Below are positions 62,100-64,000 of a stretch of DNA of 64,000 nt, piece by piece. This DNA is from an uncultured Gammaproteobacteria bacterium. GTDB taxonomy: Bacteria; Pseudomonadota; Gammaproteobacteria; UBA9214. Position numbers and translations under genes: made by a program. Within the stretch, counting starts at the first letter, position 1, and every line of letters starts with the position of its first letter. The stretch covers positions 1 through 64,000 of the forward strand of contig CAWHCQ010000035.1 of the NCBI GenBank assembly GCA_963827755.1, written 5' to 3'. The notes beneath the pieces are model-generated. The model was not told the DNA's origin. It worked only from the letters and a program-made list of their open reading frames with translations, and ran no database searches.

Positions 62100-63584
62100 T
62101 CAGTGGACCGTCTTGGCGGGCATCGAAGTTGGTGCCGCGACACGCGGCTGGCTGGCATGAGCGGATGCCGGCCGGTTTCGCAGCGGTAACCACAGCTGGA
62201 TCCTGATGCTCTCATCCAGCGAATGAACAATATTCATGGCGCCACTGCGATCGGCGACCACCATCTCCCAGAGCGTCTCGCCCTGTTGTCCGCGATCGCA
62301 TTGAAAGCCGCTAATGCCGGCGGTGAATGTCTTGATCCGCGAGAGCACGGCTTCCTCTCCCTGGAAGCGGAATATATATTTCAGATAACAACCCGCCTGC
62401 AGCCAGTCGGGATCATCATCCCGAACCCGGTTTTCATTGACCTGGAAATGCAATACCAGGGCCGGTACAACGGCCTGTTCGATTTCCCCGATCAGGTCTG
62501 CTCCCAGCCGCGGCAGGATCCTGCTGTTTGCTGTGTCATACCCCGCACCGCGCAATCCCTCGTCAGCCTCCTCAAGCAGACGACGCAGATTCGATACGTC
62601 GTCCGCAGCCGCCTGCAACAAACCGGGCAGGCTGTCGAGCGCCTCCGGGAAGCCGTGAAAACTGCTGTCAAGCTGCAGCAGCAGCACTTCATTCGCAGAC
62701 TCCCGCACCGGCGATGCCTGCATGACTGCAACTTCCCCGCCGTCATCCGCCATCTCCAGAAATACCCCCCCGGGCAGGGCAACCGGCAGGGCCAGGTTTT
62801 CACGAAAGCTGCTCCAGTAATCGCACAGATCCTGCGGGGGTGAAGTTTCCCGCGACCCGGCGTCATCAATTGCATCGGCAATATCGCCGATCTGGCTGGA
62901 AACCTCTGCATCCGGAAACAGTGAAGTGAATGCCTGCCTGGAGCGCTCCGCCCGTCGCACATGGACATCGTGGAACAATACCCCGAGAAGCGGGACATCG
63001 AGCCCCAGGTGCTGCTTGAGCTCGAGGTTGAATGTGTGATGAAGTTCAGTCGCGTCGGCGGCACGGTCCAGCTGGTTGATCAACAGGGACAACTCACCCT
63101 GAAAACCATTGCGCTGCAAAATTCGCAGCAGCGCAAAGGCCTCTGACCGGGAACGCGGATCCGCTGTGATCACCAGGATGAGCTGCGGCGATGCCCGGCA
63201 GCATGCGAGCAGGGTACGCGGATCCATGCCGGAGGTATCCACCAGGAAATCATCGTAGCCGTCGGCAGAATCCATCCCGGTTATGAGCTTCTGCACGACC
63301 TGTTCCGCTGCACGATCCCACTGTGACAAGGGCATACCGGGGGAAAGAACATCAACACCCAGGTAACCCCTGCGCACCAGTGAGCCACCATGATCGGTCG
63401 AGCGACGCTGCAGCAGCTTTTCCCGGGGCAAGGCCAGCAGGTCATCAATCGAATGAGGTGAACCGCCCTGGCAGAACATCGCCGCCTGCCGTCCTCGACG
63501 CACCATCTCGAGCGCAAGGTTCAGGGCAAGGTGGGTTTTCCCCACCCGCTCAATACCACTGCAGAGTGTAATTATCCTGGTCAT
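62100..63584 (-). CDS. FleN/MinD-like P-loop protein with degenerate Walker A and long C-terminal extension
   Basis: IITLCSGIERVGKT..ALNLA; YDDFLVDT; LVIT.DP.S..EAFALL; LLINQ; D..VRRA. Confidence 0.8.
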   Translation of the reverse strand: MTRIITLCSGIERVGKTHLALNLALEMVRRGRQAAMFCQGGSPHSIDDLLALPREKLLQRRSTDHGGSLVRRGYLGVDVLSPGMPLSQWDRAAEQVVQKLITGMDSADGYDDFLVDTSGMDPRTLLACCRASPQLILVITADPRSRSEAFALLRILQRNGFQGELSLLINQLDRAADATELHHTFNLELKQHLGLDVPLLGVLFHDVHVRRAERSRQAFTSLFPDAEVSSQIGDIADAIDDAGSRETSPPQDLCDYWSSFRENLALPVALPGGVFLEMADDGGEVAVMQASPVRESANEVLLLQLDSSFHGFPEALDSLPGLLQAAADDVSNLRRLLEEADEGLRGAGYDTANSRILPRLGADLIGEIEQAVVPALVLHFQVNENRVRDDDPDWLQAGCYLKYIFRFQGEEAVLSRIKTFTAGISGFQCDRGQQGETLWEMVVADRSGAMNIVHSLDESIRIQLWLPLRNRPASAHASQPRVAAPTSMPAKTVH

Positions 63585-63702
63585 AGCCGTTATTATTGTT
63601 GAGGATTGCGCACACCAACCCGTTTATACGTGTCAGCCCTGCTGTACATTACCTGTTTCAGGCTATTGTAACCCAATCCGGGCTGCTGATGGCTGACGGG
63701 AC

Positions 63703-63885
63703 CTAGCGGGTCAATTCATCTGTTTGCCGGCGCTGCTGCCGACTTGATTCCAGCAGCATATTCTCGACCTCACCGGCCTTTTCAATCATATCGGTCTTCC
63801 CCTTCCAGACATGCCCTTCCTGTGGATCACCACAGCCGTGACAGACCAGCGTCGCCACAAGCAGCAGCGGTAATGGTTTGTACAT
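63703..63885 (-). CDS. Small lipoprotein
   Basis: AGGAGG SD; hydrophobic leader; GCGD; HVWKG..D..EKA.EVE. Confidence 0.65.
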   Translation of the reverse strand: MYKPLPLLLVATLVCHGCGDPQEGHVWKGKTDMIEKAGEVENMLLESSRQQRRQTDELTR

Positions 63886-64000
63886 GTCAGCTTCCTCCTG
63901 TTTCGGCCTAAAATCTGCGTGCTGCAACAAGCCAGTCAATCATCTCCGCGCATCTTATTGGCTTGCTGATGTAATACCCCTGGAAATAGTCACAGCCCAT

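Overview
Chromosomal window from a gammaproteobacterium of roughly 55-62% GC (estimated by eye). Gene order and a SoxW-like thioredoxin suggest a sulfur-oxidiser lineage (inference). About 13.6-64 kb is mostly conserved core: glgP, purU, recQ, galU, manC, comEA, the gyrA-serC-serA-pheA-hisC-tyrA-aroA-cmk-rpsA-ihfB-lapB-pyrF cluster, mtnA, an OmpA-family gene, mscS, mtaD-ubiG-mupP/gph-rmuC-yciK, rluB-scpB-scpA-trpS-S2P-yciO-yciV and yciB-yciI-bolA-PpiC. The first ~13 kb is accessory and holds the most notable signal. Three unrelated secreted proteins (a giant repeat protein, a matrixin metalloprotease and a 7-bladed RCC1 propeller with variable loops) all end in the same ~100-aa TSP3 + dockerin-like module, nearly identical at DNA level. 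They sit beside a tRNA-Asn 3' fragment (att scar), a truncated DUF429 gene and a VPxPA/PEP-CTERM protein that appears to share a passenger domain with the protease. Unannotated non-coding signals include a Csr/Rsm-type sRNA candidate, a group II intron 5' remnant, a ~600-bp nested palindrome, several REP families and short-period repeats. Many single-base frameshifts, including in serA, look like sequencing or consensus errors rather than pseudogenes. All family assignments are from motif recognition, not database searches.
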